Shown here: in pieces, positions 39,622 to 49,365 of the stretch
Layout: each line of letters starts with the position of its first letter
Numbering within the stretch: the first letter of the stretch is position 1
Virus record (IMG/VR): IMGVR_UViG_3300017700_000778
Coordinates: 1-63,129 of that record
DNA from: a virus
Lineage: Duplodnaviria; Caudoviricetes
DNA length: 63,129 bases
Direction: 5' to 3' (one strand)
Translations under genes and position numbers: made by a program
Notes under the pieces: generated by a model
The model's input: the letters and a program-made list of their open reading frames with translations, nothing else
The model's database searches: none
Told to the model about the DNA's origin: nothing

Positions 39622-39924
39622 TCAGCTCCGTGATATGAGATCGTACGCGACGCACCTAATTGCTAGAGCATCGAGGCCTTCAACGATGGCAGTCTGAATA
39701 TGAGCATTTTCTAGCTCTATAAAACCAACATTGTCTCGGCGGAGGTTATCGCCCTTGCTGACCATTAATGTCCAAGGTTTTTTGCCCGAAAAAATCAATG
39801 CAATCTCGATACCGAGAACAAGATCGAGCGCAGATAGATGCGAAACATACCCGCTACCCGAGACGTATCTTTCGTCTGTAAAGCCCGGCAGTTCCAGTCG
39901 CCAGTCTTCCGGTTCCATCACCAC
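39622..39924 (-). CDS. Hypothetical protein
   Basis: Fills the gap in the operon; lower GC. Confidence 0.5.
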   Translation of the reverse strand: MVMEPEDWRLELPGFTDERYVSGSGYVSHLSALDLVLGIEIALIFSGKKPWTLMVSKGDNLRRDNVGFIELENAHIQTAIVEGLDALAIRCVAYDLISRS

Positions 39925-41501
39925 ACCTCGTTGCTGTCGGCGAACATCTTCAGGAAGCTCTTCTGCACGTCCTGCTTCTTGTTGAGCATGGCGTACACCT
40001 TACGCTCGACGGCGGTACTCTGCAGGTGGATTACCTGCTGCTTGTGCTTCTGGCCTACTCGCCGGATGCGATGGTTGGCTTGGTCGTAGGTTTCAAGGGA
40101 AGTAATGGGGCCGAACCATACAATGGTGTCAGCGGCGGTGAGCGTGATGCCGTGAGCGACGCACTGGGGGTGAGCCAGTAGCACTTTGAGCTTGCTTGTG
40201 TTCTGGAAAACACTAAAAATCCGATCGCGTTCTTTAGACGGCGTATCGCCCGAAACAGTTTCATAGTCGATCTTCTCCGCGATGAGCGCCTGCCCGATGC
40301 CATCCAGCGCATGGATATACGGCACAAACACGATGACTTTGCGCGCGGTGCTATTGATGGCGTCGGTCAGCGCCTCGATGCGCTTGATGTTGTCCAACGG
40401 CATGATGTTCTTGTTGCCGGTGGCTTGGTCCGTCGTGTAGACCCAGCCAATGCTGATCTGCAGCAGCTTCTGCATGGCGGCGCCGGCGTTCGCCGCGGTG
40501 ACAAGGTCGCCCGACTGGAACGAGCTCTGGCAATGCGCAACAATGTCCTTGTAGACTTTGAGCTGGATTTTACCCATCTCGACATCAACGTAGCGCTCAA
40601 TGCACGGCGGAAGTTCTGCGACTTCATCGATCGTAAAACGCACGCTCGGCTGCATGACGTCGTAGGCTTGCTCAACAGCGTCTGCCTTGGGTACCCATTT
40701 CTGGACATGCCCCAGCGGATACATGAGTGCGCTGCGGAAGTGTGAGAACCACCGCGGCACAGTGCCGGGCGTGACCACCTTGCACTGATAGAAAACGTCA
40801 GTGGGCTCATGTGGCATCGGCGATCCCGTCATGCCCCACACCCACGTACGCTTCGCAGCGTAAGCCACCATCAGTTTCGTGCGCTCGGACTTGTTGCGGT
40901 ACACCGCCAGCTCGTCGATGCACAGCACGTCGATGTCTGCGCGGGCGCCCAGCTCTTTGGCGATGACGCCGAGGCCGTCGTGGTTGATCACGTAGATGTC
41001 AGCGTCTTCGGCGAGCCGCTTGCGGCGGGTCTTGGCGTCGCCGTGAAGCACGATCACTTTGATCGTTGGGTCCACTTCGAACGCTTCGCGCTGCCATACG
41101 AACACCAACGTAGAGAGCGGCGCCACCACGATCATTTTCTTGGCGCGCTTCTGCTTCTGCAGGTATCGGAACGCCCAGATGGCGCATTTGGTCTTGCCGG
41201 TGCCCATGCCGTTGAGGACGTACGCACGCTGCGCCATCGTGAGGAGCGCCGCGGTTTTCTTCTGCACCTCGAAGGCGGGCTTGTTCACAGTGTTCGGGAA
41301 ATCGTACTGCGTGAGGATCGGCGCCGGTGCGTCAAAGCCCAGCTTGCGCAGGAGATACACTTCCGTCTCACTGTGCGGGATCAGCGTGTAGTCCTGATCC
41401 ATGAAGCGATGCGGCTTCCCCATGGGGAAGAGCCCCGTGATCTGGGGAGTGGTCGGCACGCCGATGATCTTGTGCTTGCCGCTAACTATTGTCTGCTGCA
41501 T
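39918..41501 (-). CDS. SNF2-family helicase
   Basis: MGTGKT, CIDE, MTGSP, HGITLT, QANHRIRRVGQ. Confidence 0.9.
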   Translation of the reverse strand: MQQTIVSGKHKIIGVPTTPQITGLFPMGKPHRFMDQDYTLIPHSETEVYLLRKLGFDAPAPILTQYDFPNTVNKPAFEVQKKTAALLTMAQRAYVLNGMGTGKTKCAIWAFRYLQKQKRAKKMIVVAPLSTLVFVWQREAFEVDPTIKVIVLHGDAKTRRKRLAEDADIYVINHDGLGVIAKELGARADIDVLCIDELAVYRNKSERTKLMVAYAAKRTWVWGMTGSPMPHEPTDVFYQCKVVTPGTVPRWFSHFRSALMYPLGHVQKWVPKADAVEQAYDVMQPSVRFTIDEVAELPPCIERYVDVEMGKIQLKVYKDIVAHCQSSFQSGDLVTAANAGAAMQKLLQISIGWVYTTDQATGNKNIMPLDNIKRIEALTDAINSTARKVIVFVPYIHALDGIGQALIAEKIDYETVSGDTPSKERDRIFSVFQNTSKLKVLLAHPQCVAHGITLTAADTIVWFGPITSLETYDQANHRIRRVGQKHKQQVIHLQSTAVERKVYAMLNKKQDVQKSFLKMFADSNEVW

Positions 41502-41823
41502 TTTGGTTTCTCAGGTAGTTCATAAATTTTTCGAGCTTCTCGAGAGAAGCTTCGCTATCTACCACAAACACATGACCTAGTGCACCATGTATCTGCGCCA
41601 TGCAGAGTTCTTGGCGAGGCGTAGGCTTCTTGCCCGGTGCCTTTGTCTCGATCGCGATGAAAGTACCGCGATAGCAAACGAGACAGTCGAGCGAGCTCGC
41701 ACCGAACCCTGCCGGTACTGGCCAAAAACGGTACAGCCCTTGGCCTGTAGCTCGACAGTCTTCGTAGTTGTCGAGCAGTCTGTTTACGAGCTTCTTGATC
41801 TTACCTTCGGGGGTAACCGCCAT
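41482..41823 (-). CDS. VRR-NUC domain nuclease/resolvase
   Basis: TPEGKIK...LD...IETKAPGKKPTPRQ. Confidence 0.85.
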   Translation of the reverse strand: MAVTPEGKIKKLVNRLLDNYEDCRATGQGLYRFWPVPAGFGASSLDCLVCYRGTFIAIETKAPGKKPTPRQELCMAQIHGALGHVFVVDSEASLEKLEKFMNYLRNQNAADNS

Positions 41824-41824
41824 G

Positions 41825-42031
41825 TCAGCCTGCCAACAGTATGAGTTTTGTCATCAGATGGTCCGATGGGAAACAGTGGCCGTCTTCTTGGTGTCGAAGG
41901 ACAAGAGCGTGCGTAGTGTTATCGGACAGCTCGAGAACGATATCATGCCGCACGTTATCCGCGTTGTAAGCCACTTCGGTGTGGATGTGGAATTTGTTCT
42001 TCACGACTTCTCGAACTGCAGACAAGCCCAT
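41825..42031 (-). CDS. Small protein, FPSD/TKL C-terminal family
   Basis: Ends FPSDHLMTKLILLAG; start uncertain. Confidence 0.6.
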   Translation of the reverse strand: MGLSAVREVVKNKFHIHTEVAYNADNVRHDIVLELSDNTTHALVLRHQEDGHCFPSDHLMTKLILLAG

Positions 42032-42158
42032 GTCTCGTACACCCCATGCAGTGCTTCTACTGTTGTTGTGCCAGATCGATGCGTGGCGTTTTTGATAAGA
42101 AGTGCTCATAAATATACCCATGCAAAGGTCGTGCCAACTACACTTTTAGTAGCAAAAA

Positions 42159-42485
42159 TCAGCCACACACAAGCATGATCTTCGCTTTAAAGTGGTCCGA
42201 TGGGAACGTGATGTAGGGCTCCTCATGGAAAAACTCCCCGCCGCTCTGCAGTATGCATCTGGCGCGGGCCATCAGGCTTTGGTGATCTGCGCTCAGGACA
42301 CCGATGACGCCCACACGGCATCTGCCCGTCAGTTTCTGCTCGCGCAACCAGTTATCAACACGCAGCTGCCCGGCATCCATAGCCGCCAGCTTGACGAAAG
42401 CGTCCCACTGTCCGGCATCCATCTGCATCGCCATGTTCTCAGAGACTGTGAACTTCGCGCGCATGCTGTACTTCCTTCGACTCAC
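42159..42485 (-). CDS. Small protein, FPSD/TKL C-terminal family
   Basis: Ends FPSDHFKAKIMLVCG. Confidence 0.65.
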   Translation of the reverse strand: MSRRKYSMRAKFTVSENMAMQMDAGQWDAFVKLAAMDAGQLRVDNWLREQKLTGRCRVGVIGVLSADHQSLMARARCILQSGGEFFHEEPYITFPSDHFKAKIMLVCG

Positions 42486-42486
42486 G

Positions 42487-42750
42487 TCAACCTGCCAGCA
42501 AAATAAGCTTCGTCACTGTGAGGTGACTGACAAAGCTTTCGATGGGTTCTGTTACTTCAAAAATGCGCTCGTTTTTGAAGGCTTCAGGGTTGTGTTGGTA
42601 TATAGCGAGCGTAACTTCGCGCTTTTCGACGTTAAGCGACGTGCGAAATTCGAGCAGTTTGCCCTTGAACTGCTCTTGCAACCAGTTCACGCCTTCATCG
42701 ACCCAGCGCCACATTGCGTGGTCCTGCAAAGCATCACGCCCGGCCATCAT
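42487..42750 (-). CDS. Small protein, FPSD/TKL C-terminal family
   Basis: AGGAG RBS; ends FVSHLTVTKLILLAG. Confidence 0.65.
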   Translation of the reverse strand: MMAGRDALQDHAMWRWVDEGVNWLQEQFKGKLLEFRTSLNVEKREVTLAIYQHNPEAFKNERIFEVTEPIESFVSHLTVTKLILLAG

Positions 42751-42764
42751 CTCCTGTTGCGTTT

Positions 42765-43478
42765 TCAGCGAGTATTTTTGCCATTGTGCGGGCAGCTCAG
42801 CACCGCGCAGAACCTCGCGCAAATCCCGGACGGCGTTGGCGGATAGTTCGTGCGCTTGAAGGCCGTCTCCATCGCTTCGATCCGATGCCATATGCTTCTC
42901 CAGACTGTGGGCATGTCCTCGCGGAAGAACGTTTCGCTACTTTCCGCGTCTTCTTTCAGCCAGACATACGTCGACCTGACTGCCTTGATCTCGGGATGCT
43001 TGGCGAAGATGCATGCCGCGGTGAGCGCCAGCTGCACGCTGTCTTCGAGTATCTTTCCCGTCTTCCAGTCGACCGCAAGCGCGACGTCGCCGGCGATCTT
43101 GTAGAGGTCGCATTTTACGCGCAGCCACACATCGTTGTCGAAGTTACCCGTCGAGGTAAAGTTCGCCGTCATGGCGAGGCCCTGCTCGACGAACACATTC
43201 TCGGGCGGCGTGTTGCCGAGAACCTTCACGGCCCACGGCTCGTACATCTTGAGCTCGTCGGGCAGCACGACGCGATCCTTGCCGCAGCGAGCAGCAAGTG
43301 CATCGTGCACCACGTTGCCCCAGTCCAGCGCCGCTCCGCCGGGCTCCTTGACGGACCTCACAAGGTCCACTTCGTAATGCCGCTTCGGGCATACCTCGAA
43401 GTTCTTGAGGCGCGAGAAGCTCCACGCGAACGGCTTGATGCGCGGAGCGCCAGAACGCGTGGATGTAACGATTGCCAT
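42765..43478 (-). CDS. PD-(D/E)xK Cas4-like exonuclease
   Basis: WSFSRL..FEVCPK, G..VH, VDWKTGK, QL, C..FC...CPHNG. Confidence 0.88.
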   Translation of the reverse strand: MAIVTSTRSGAPRIKPFAWSFSRLKNFEVCPKRHYEVDLVRSVKEPGGAALDWGNVVHDALAARCGKDRVVLPDELKMYEPWAVKVLGNTPPENVFVEQGLAMTANFTSTGNFDNDVWLRVKCDLYKIAGDVALAVDWKTGKILEDSVQLALTAACIFAKHPEIKAVRSTYVWLKEDAESSETFFREDMPTVWRSIWHRIEAMETAFKRTNYPPTPSGICARFCAVLSCPHNGKNTR

Positions 43479-43486
43479 GGTAGCTC

Positions 43487-43888
43487 CTAAGCGGGGGTGG
43501 GGGCTTTCACGCGATCGAGCTCGATGTTGAGCTCCTTGGCGTGCTTCTCCGCGATATTAGCACGAGCTGTCATCGACGCCAAGTCGCGAGCAACTTCCCG
43601 CTCTTTTATTTCTAGCGAACGAACATCTTTCTGCAAGTCCCGCACGCGATTGCGCTCCACCGTGAGTGCGCCGCGAACTTCCTCCAGCGTGCGCTGCGCC
43701 GGCACTTCCAGCTTGTTGAGCTCGCCCTGTCGCATGTTGAGTGCTTCGACGATGGTGTCGGCGATCGTCTCGCTGTTGGTGGTGGCGATCACCGCAAGGC
43801 GATCTTTGGTGCCGATGCGGCGCGAGCAGATCGCAACCTTCTTCGTGCCGGGCGTGATGAGCGTAGCGTACTGGTCTTTGGCTTTCAT
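43487..43888 (-). CDS. Hypothetical coiled-coil protein
   Basis: AGGAG RBS. Confidence 0.7.
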   Translation of the reverse strand: MKAKDQYATLITPGTKKVAICSRRIGTKDRLAVIATTNSETIADTIVEALNMRQGELNKLEVPAQRTLEEVRGALTVERNRVRDLQKDVRSLEIKEREVARDLASMTARANIAEKHAKELNIELDRVKAPTPA

Positions 43889-43891
43889 GGG

Positions 43892-44431
43892 TCACTCCTG
43901 TTTGAGCATGTTGAGTTTCGTGATGAGCGCGTCGCTGGGATAGAGCTCGTAGCCGTCCTCGAGAACAATGCCTTCGCCGCCCATCGATATCACGCAGACG
44001 AGCACTTTGTCCTGCACGCGCCTGATGATTATATCGTTGAACCCCGGCGCCCACGTGTTCCCCTTCACGCCCCAGCGCATGCGCATAGCGAGCATGGTCT
44101 CAAGAGAGTACTGCTGCATAACTTTCTCCACAACAGGAGGTTGCAGTATGCTGCCGCCCGTAACGCCCGGAATGTTCCAGTTTCCACCTCCACCCGCGCC
44201 ACCGTACAAAGACAGGTTTTTAGGGGGCGCACCATTCAGCCGGTGTTTCGACGTAAAGCATGCTATGGCCGCAGCTATATCGTGGGCGTTCAGCCCGACG
44301 AGCGCCTCGTACGCTAGTTCTTCGATAGGCCAGCCACAGTAGCGCCCGATGTTAGTAGAGATGTTTACAGGGGGAGGAGCGTTAGTATGCGCAAAGGCCT
44401 CCATGGCAGCGACTTGGAGTAGTACGTTCAT
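43892..44431 (-). CDS. Hypothetical protein, FPSD/TKL C-terminal family
   Basis: Ends YPSDALITKLNMLKQE. Confidence 0.65.
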   Translation of the reverse strand: MNVLLQVAAMEAFAHTNAPPPVNISTNIGRYCGWPIEELAYEALVGLNAHDIAAAIACFTSKHRLNGAPPKNLSLYGGAGGGGNWNIPGVTGGSILQPPVVEKVMQQYSLETMLAMRMRWGVKGNTWAPGFNDIIIRRVQDKVLVCVISMGGEGIVLEDGYELYPSDALITKLNMLKQE

Positions 44432-46359
44432 TTAGCATCTCCGTACGTGGGTCCGGCCTTCGTTTCGCAGGCGAGGGGAAGATCAAGCGCCCACGCAGGG
44501 CGCCTGTTCATCTCTTCCACCATGATGTTACGCACGGAGGTAACAAGCGCATCGGGTACGGTGTAGGCAAGCGCGTCGTGCACCTGCAATGCGAGCTGGA
44601 TGTAGCCCCAGCCGGCCGCCTTCAGTCGGGCTTTGATCCGAACTTCGGCATCCATGACGATGCAGCGGGCAAGCGCTTGCACGATGTTCTCGAGGAGAGC
44701 ACCGCCATAGAGACGTCGAGGCTTACCTGCGTGATCGTAGAGCCAACCGTCAGTGGTCTGTCGAAGGTTGTGGTAGTACAGATATAGACCGTTGGGGAGC
44801 GAAATGCGGCCACGCTCAAAGACACAAGGGCCGATGCTAAAATTGCCGGGAGCACCTGCGAGAATAGCGATCGCGTTGTTCAATTTCTTCCACATGGCGG
44901 GCACACCGGTATAGGTGCCACGGTAAGTGTTCACGATGAGCAGGCTCTGATCGTCCTGCAGGATCAGCTCCTGCCCCTTGCCGGTGAGCTTCATAGCTTC
45001 GAGCGACTTCACCCGCACCTGATGCTTGAACTTCACCCAGCCCAGCCCGAAGCCCAGCCCCAAGATCGAAGTCTTGCCCAGAAACCGCTGCTCGGCGCTC
45101 ACCTGTGAGACGTCGATGTGAAAAACTTTCGCTGCGAAAATCTTGTACGGGTCGAGCCCCAGCCTGAACTGCTCGAGCAACTCCCACTCGCCGCACAGCC
45201 ACGCCACAATACGCGCTTCGATCTGCGAGCTATCCGTGTTCACGACTTTCCACCCGAAGAACGCCATGAGTGCGCGCTTCAGATGATTGATGACGCCGCG
45301 ACTGGGAAAGTTTTGGACGTTGAGCTTCCAGTCTCCACCCAGCCGATGGGTGTGCGCCGCGCCATACCGGAGAGGCATGGGCGCCAGCTTGGTGCCGGGC
45401 GGGAAGCCACGCCACGCCAGATAGGCCGCGGGCCACTCCAGTTGCGAGATCGATAGGAAGCGCTGCGTGCGGGTCTCTTCGATCGTGGACTTGTGCCCTA
45501 GTCTTGCTGCGACCAGCGTCTGCACGTTGGTGTCGGGGTGCTCTTCGAGATCAGTGAATTCCTGATCGGCCTTCGAGAAGGCCCATGTTTCCTTCTGAGT
45601 AGTAGGCGAAATCTTCCGCGGCGGATCGATACCCAGCGAGGTAAGCAGCAACGCGAACTTCTCGTTGCTCATCAGGTCCTTGCACTTGCCGTTGGCGTCG
45701 TAGACCAGACCGCACGAGGCGAGCAGGTTCGCCTTGTCGGTGATGATGTCCTGCAGATGGACGGCGAGTTCCTGCCCGTTGATCGTAAACTGCGGATGCA
45801 CCGCCATCATCAGGACGTCGTGCAGAACTAACAACTCGCTGACAGGGAAGCCCTGCGACATGATCTTGTCGAAGATGCCCTCGGCGAGGATGCTGTCGTC
45901 GCCGCAATAGTCCTCGTATTCTTTGAGCCAGCCGGCATCGATGATGTCCTGCAGATGGAGCCCTTCCATCTTTTTGACCGCGGTGCCCTTGTGTTTGCCC
46001 AGAATAAACGGCGCCGTCACTGCCAGCGCGACGCTGCGCAGCTCGTGCCCGTGCCACGCACGGACCATTCCCATCACATCGACGGTCAGCTTGGCGATGA
46101 AGTTGTAGTGCCACGCGCATATGCAGGCGTCGAACAGCGAGTTGTAGCTCAGCATAATCGTGTCGTCGGGATTTAGCAGCCTGAAGAACTGCGCGATCTT
46201 GTCGCCGGCGAGATTTATCACCGGCTTGCCCGGGCGCTTCACGGACAGCATGATCACTTCAAAACGAGGGTCCAGAATATACTCGACCGGTGTCATCTTC
46301 CGGAGCGAATATTCCTTGTCATAGTACGTTTCGAAGTCAATCGTGAAGCGCTCAGGCAT
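44428..46359 (-). CDS. DNA polymerase family A with 3'-5' exonuclease
   Basis: IDFETY exo I, YNSLFD exo II, NVQNFP, DSSQIEAR (A), RFLGKTSILGLGFG (B), QVHD (C). Confidence 0.92.
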   Translation of the reverse strand: MPERFTIDFETYYDKEYSLRKMTPVEYILDPRFEVIMLSVKRPGKPVINLAGDKIAQFFRLLNPDDTIMLSYNSLFDACICAWHYNFIAKLTVDVMGMVRAWHGHELRSVALAVTAPFILGKHKGTAVKKMEGLHLQDIIDAGWLKEYEDYCGDDSILAEGIFDKIMSQGFPVSELLVLHDVLMMAVHPQFTINGQELAVHLQDIITDKANLLASCGLVYDANGKCKDLMSNEKFALLLTSLGIDPPRKISPTTQKETWAFSKADQEFTDLEEHPDTNVQTLVAARLGHKSTIEETRTQRFLSISQLEWPAAYLAWRGFPPGTKLAPMPLRYGAAHTHRLGGDWKLNVQNFPSRGVINHLKRALMAFFGWKVVNTDSSQIEARIVAWLCGEWELLEQFRLGLDPYKIFAAKVFHIDVSQVSAEQRFLGKTSILGLGFGLGWVKFKHQVRVKSLEAMKLTGKGQELILQDDQSLLIVNTYRGTYTGVPAMWKKLNNAIAILAGAPGNFSIGPCVFERGRISLPNGLYLYYHNLRQTTDGWLYDHAGKPRRLYGGALLENIVQALARCIVMDAEVRIKARLKAAGWGYIQLALQVHDALAYTVPDALVTSVRNIMVEEMNRRPAWALDLPLACETKAGPTYGDAK

Positions 46360-46651
46360 CGATAGCTTCCATTTCTTTTATGCCGGCAGGCGTGACGAAC
46401 ACGATGAAGCCGCCAATTCCCGGGCCCATCCCTTTAGGCCAGTAGCGCTTAATAAGTCCACGCCTAAAAAGCGACGTGACCCGGCCGGTGATATCCACAC
46501 CGTAGCACATATATTTGAAATACGCTGCCTTGCTAGAGCTCCGAATTACAATCGAAATTTTCACTTCGCCATAGTAGAACGCCGTGAGGGTTTCCAGCTG
46601 CATCGGTGTCAATGGTTTTATGTTTCTACCTCCCATCGGCCGCTTCTGCAT
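46352..46651 (-). CDS. Hypothetical, possibly winged-helix protein
   Basis: LTPMQLETL...SLFRRGLIK...VTPAG; GGAGG RBS. Confidence 0.55.
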   Translation of the reverse strand: MQKRPMGGRNIKPLTPMQLETLTAFYYGEVKISIVIRSSSKAAYFKYMCYGVDITGRVTSLFRRGLIKRYWPKGMGPGIGGFIVFVTPAGIKEMEAIDA

Positions 46652-46661
46652 CGGCACCTCC

Positions 46662-47114
46662 TCAGTTGTCGAACCAGAACACCACGCGATACTCTTCGTT
46701 GGGCTCTGGAGCGTAGCGCTCGAAATAATATCCGTGCGGATCAGTCACCGCGGGGTGCTCAACGAGCAACACCTCAGCTGGGTTGTGCTCTGTCTCCACG
46801 AGCAGCCGGATGTATTCGTCCAGCGAGCAATACGAATGCGAGTGCCCATCGCTGTCGATTTCATCGGACAGCGCTTGAGCAAGCTCTGATACGTCGTCAG
46901 GGAGGCCTTTCGGGGCGGGTCCACTACCGCGGACGCCAGCGAGCTTCGCAAACAAATCGTAGTTGCGGGCGCGCGATCTATCCCAAACAGGGGTCTGCTG
47001 CCATTTTTTGGTTTCTTTGTCCTGACCCCACTGCAGGCGGTGGGCTGCTTCCTGCACGCCGATCCATTTATCGCCGAACTTCTTCTCGAGAACCAGATGA
47101 ATATCTGCGCCCAT
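46662..47114 (-). CDS. Conserved phage protein
   Basis: MGADIH...RNYDLFAKLAGVR...PKGLP.D...HSHS...RVVFWFDN. Confidence 0.8.
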   Translation of the reverse strand: MGADIHLVLEKKFGDKWIGVQEAAHRLQWGQDKETKKWQQTPVWDRSRARNYDLFAKLAGVRGSGPAPKGLPDDVSELAQALSDEIDSDGHSHSYCSLDEYIRLLVETEHNPAEVLLVEHPAVTDPHGYYFERYAPEPNEEYRVVFWFDN

Positions 47115-47186
47115 TTGACTTACCTCCGTGAGTAACTTATATTTGCGACGCGCTACCGCGACAGCGCATCTCCTGTGGGTGGGAGC

Positions 47187-47218
47187 GGGGCGACGGGTGT
47201 TCCAGCATCCGTCGCCCC
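47187..47218. terminator. Intergenic hairpin
   Basis: GGGGCGACGGGTG-TTCCAG-CATCCGTCGCCCC. Confidence 0.5.
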
Positions 47219-47223
47219 AACTT

Positions 47224-47937
47224 TTACATCCGGTTGACGCGACCAAAATCTGACATATCGAACGCCGGCATGGCCCACAAACCGATGAGCACGGCGCCCG
47301 GCGCGGGCTCAGGAACATCCTCCCCGATCAGCGCCATCGAGGTGAGCAGCGCCGAGCTGTCCTGAATGGCTGCTTTCAGGACAGGCGAAATCGCTGGGGT
47401 ATGTCGGCACGGTTTGTAGGAGCCGTATTTTGTAATCCAGCGATCCATTTTCGGATTGAGGCCGTCCTTGCAGAGATGCATCACCGCGGGGAACATGTAC
47501 CGCAGCTGCGTGCCGCTGTCGCATTCGCGATTGAGAACATACAGCGCTTGACGAACGACCCCGAAGCGCCGCCCCAGTGCATAGCGCGCTGTCAGCCAGT
47601 CGATCACCTTGGGGCCGGATTGCCCCGGCTGCCAGCACGGAACGCGTGGCGTCAGCGGTGGCGATCGCTCTGCGTGAGTGCGCATCATGAGCTGGACTTC
47701 CTGCCCGCTCTCGCCGTCGATAGCCGCGGGCACTTGCAGCTGCATCCATTGCTCTGACGCCCAGACGCTGGCATACTTCGCCGCCTTCGTCAGAATGTCG
47801 ATATGGTCCGATGGTGCGATGAGCTGGATGCACTCTTCGTGTGTCATGTCGAAGTGAAGCGTGCGGAGCATGATGTCTCGCTTGTGCTCGAGCTGCTTGT
47901 TCATCGCGGTGAGCACGTCGTCGTGCATTGCTGGCAT
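47224..47937 (-). CDS. Hypothetical protein
   Basis: GGAGG RBS, 237 aa. Confidence 0.75.
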   Translation of the reverse strand: MPAMHDDVLTAMNKQLEHKRDIMLRTLHFDMTHEECIQLIAPSDHIDILTKAAKYASVWASEQWMQLQVPAAIDGESGQEVQLMMRTHAERSPPLTPRVPCWQPGQSGPKVIDWLTARYALGRRFGVVRQALYVLNRECDSGTQLRYMFPAVMHLCKDGLNPKMDRWITKYGSYKPCRHTPAISPVLKAAIQDSSALLTSMALIGEDVPEPAPGAVLIGLWAMPAFDMSDFGRVNRM

Positions 47938-47960
47938 GTTACCTCCGTGGGTATTGAAGT

Positions 47961-48054
47961 TGTGGGGGGTAGGGTTTGCGGACTAGCCGGTGTTCCCCTT
48001 CTGCGCTTCGGGTTAGAAGCCCGGTGCCGCTCTCCTGATATGAGCTATACCCCC
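47961..48054 (-). ncRNA. tRNA-like element 3 (Arg-UCU-like anticodon hairpin, degenerate T arm)
   Basis: GGGGGTA/TACCCCC acceptor; TAGCTC...GAGCG; CGGG-CTTCTAA-CCCG. Confidence 0.7.
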
Positions 48055-48060
48055 GTCTCG

Positions 48061-49359
48061 TTAGTCCTTCGCCTGCTTGGGAATGTTGACCACGTCGCCC
48101 CAAGGGTACTGCTTACCGTCGCCGTAGATGTTGCCCCAGATCACAGGGAACGACGGCGCCGCACGCGGGAAGCTGCCCAGTCCATCGGTGAGGTACACCA
48201 GCGCCTCCGGCGAGAGTCCGTCCTTGTCGATGCGGTCGAACACAGGGATGAAGCTCGTGCCGCCACCACCCGGTGCACCCTTGCGGCGGATCGCCATCAG
48301 GTCGGAAGCGTCCTCACATTCGTCGACGCGGTTCACGGCTGCGTCGCACCAGACGATCACGAGCCGCTTGGGCCTGATCTCTTCGAGAATACCCGAGACC
48401 TCAGCCATGAACATGTCGAGCTCCTTCGGACCAACTGAGCCAGAAGTATCGACGCCGACAACCACAGTGCCAGCACCAAAACCAGAGCGGCCGGGCGCGT
48501 AAATATCGCGAGTGATAAGACGGCGGTCAGGTCGAGCCCAATCGAAAGTGCCTGATCCCACCTTACGAGCGAAAAGGGATTTGATGTGTTCACGCCAGTC
48601 CACCTTCGGGGTTAGCACTTCGCTGAGTGCGCGGAGCAGCTCGGCCGGCAGCTTGCCCATGGCCTTCGCCGCGGAGATGCCGGCTTGGACTTCGGTGTCC
48701 CACTGCGCCGGATTGCGATTGTTGTTCGCCGACTGCGCGTCCTGCCCCGTCGATGTGCCGGGATCGAGATGCACATCGAAGCCGCCACCAGCACCGGGGC
48801 CACCACCCTTGCCCTTGTTGCTCTGCTTGAAGATTTTGCGGTAGGTGTCCAGCGCGTTGTCGGCCGACGTTGCGATGGCTGCATCGTAGACGCCCATCTG
48901 TTGACCGGCCTTGTCGGTCGGAAAGATACCGACCTTGCTCTCGACGAGGATCGCGTTGATGACAAGGTCCTCGGCGTAGTTCATCTGCTCGGCGTCGAAC
49001 GGCAGCGACTTGCCGTCGGGATACGCCACCTTGCCGCGCATCTTGAGCATGTAGGAGATGCCGCAGTGGTTGAAGATGCAGTGCAGGATTTCGTGCGCCG
49101 CGATGAACACGCGCTGGTTCAGACCCTGCGCGAAGTATCCGTCGGGACCAGTGTTGAAGATCAGGTTGCTGCCGTCGGTCGCCGCGACGGGGTACTTCGG
49201 GTCTTCAGTGAACACCGCGTTGAACTGGTCGCCGGTGTTCTGCAGCATGGTGTAGAAAATATGCGAGAACGCTGGGCAGTGCCAGATCAACGCGGCGCGG
49301 GTGTCGCTCCAGAGCTTGTCCTGCTGAGGAGACAACTTCGATCGTACGATGGTGGTCAT
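48061..49359 (-). CDS. Metallopeptidase-vWA protein (DUF2201-like)
   Basis: AATDG, AHEILH, VDTSGS MIDAS, GGGGTSF, YLTDG. Confidence 0.88.
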   Translation of the reverse strand: MTTIVRSKLSPQQDKLWSDTRAALIWHCPAFSHIFYTMLQNTGDQFNAVFTEDPKYPVAATDGSNLIFNTGPDGYFAQGLNQRVFIAAHEILHCIFNHCGISYMLKMRGKVAYPDGKSLPFDAEQMNYAEDLVINAILVESKVGIFPTDKAGQQMGVYDAAIATSADNALDTYRKIFKQSNKGKGGGPGAGGGFDVHLDPGTSTGQDAQSANNNRNPAQWDTEVQAGISAAKAMGKLPAELLRALSEVLTPKVDWREHIKSLFARKVGSGTFDWARPDRRLITRDIYAPGRSGFGAGTVVVGVDTSGSVGPKELDMFMAEVSGILEEIRPKRLVIVWCDAAVNRVDECEDASDLMAIRRKGAPGGGGTSFIPVFDRIDKDGLSPEALVYLTDGLGSFPRAAPSFPVIWGNIYGDGKQYPWGDVVNIPKQAKD

Positions 49360-49365
49360 GGGTGG

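Noticed and set aside
42765-43478. cas4 as part of a CRISPR-Cas system
   Set aside because: Stand-alone replication-module nuclease; no other cas genes or array
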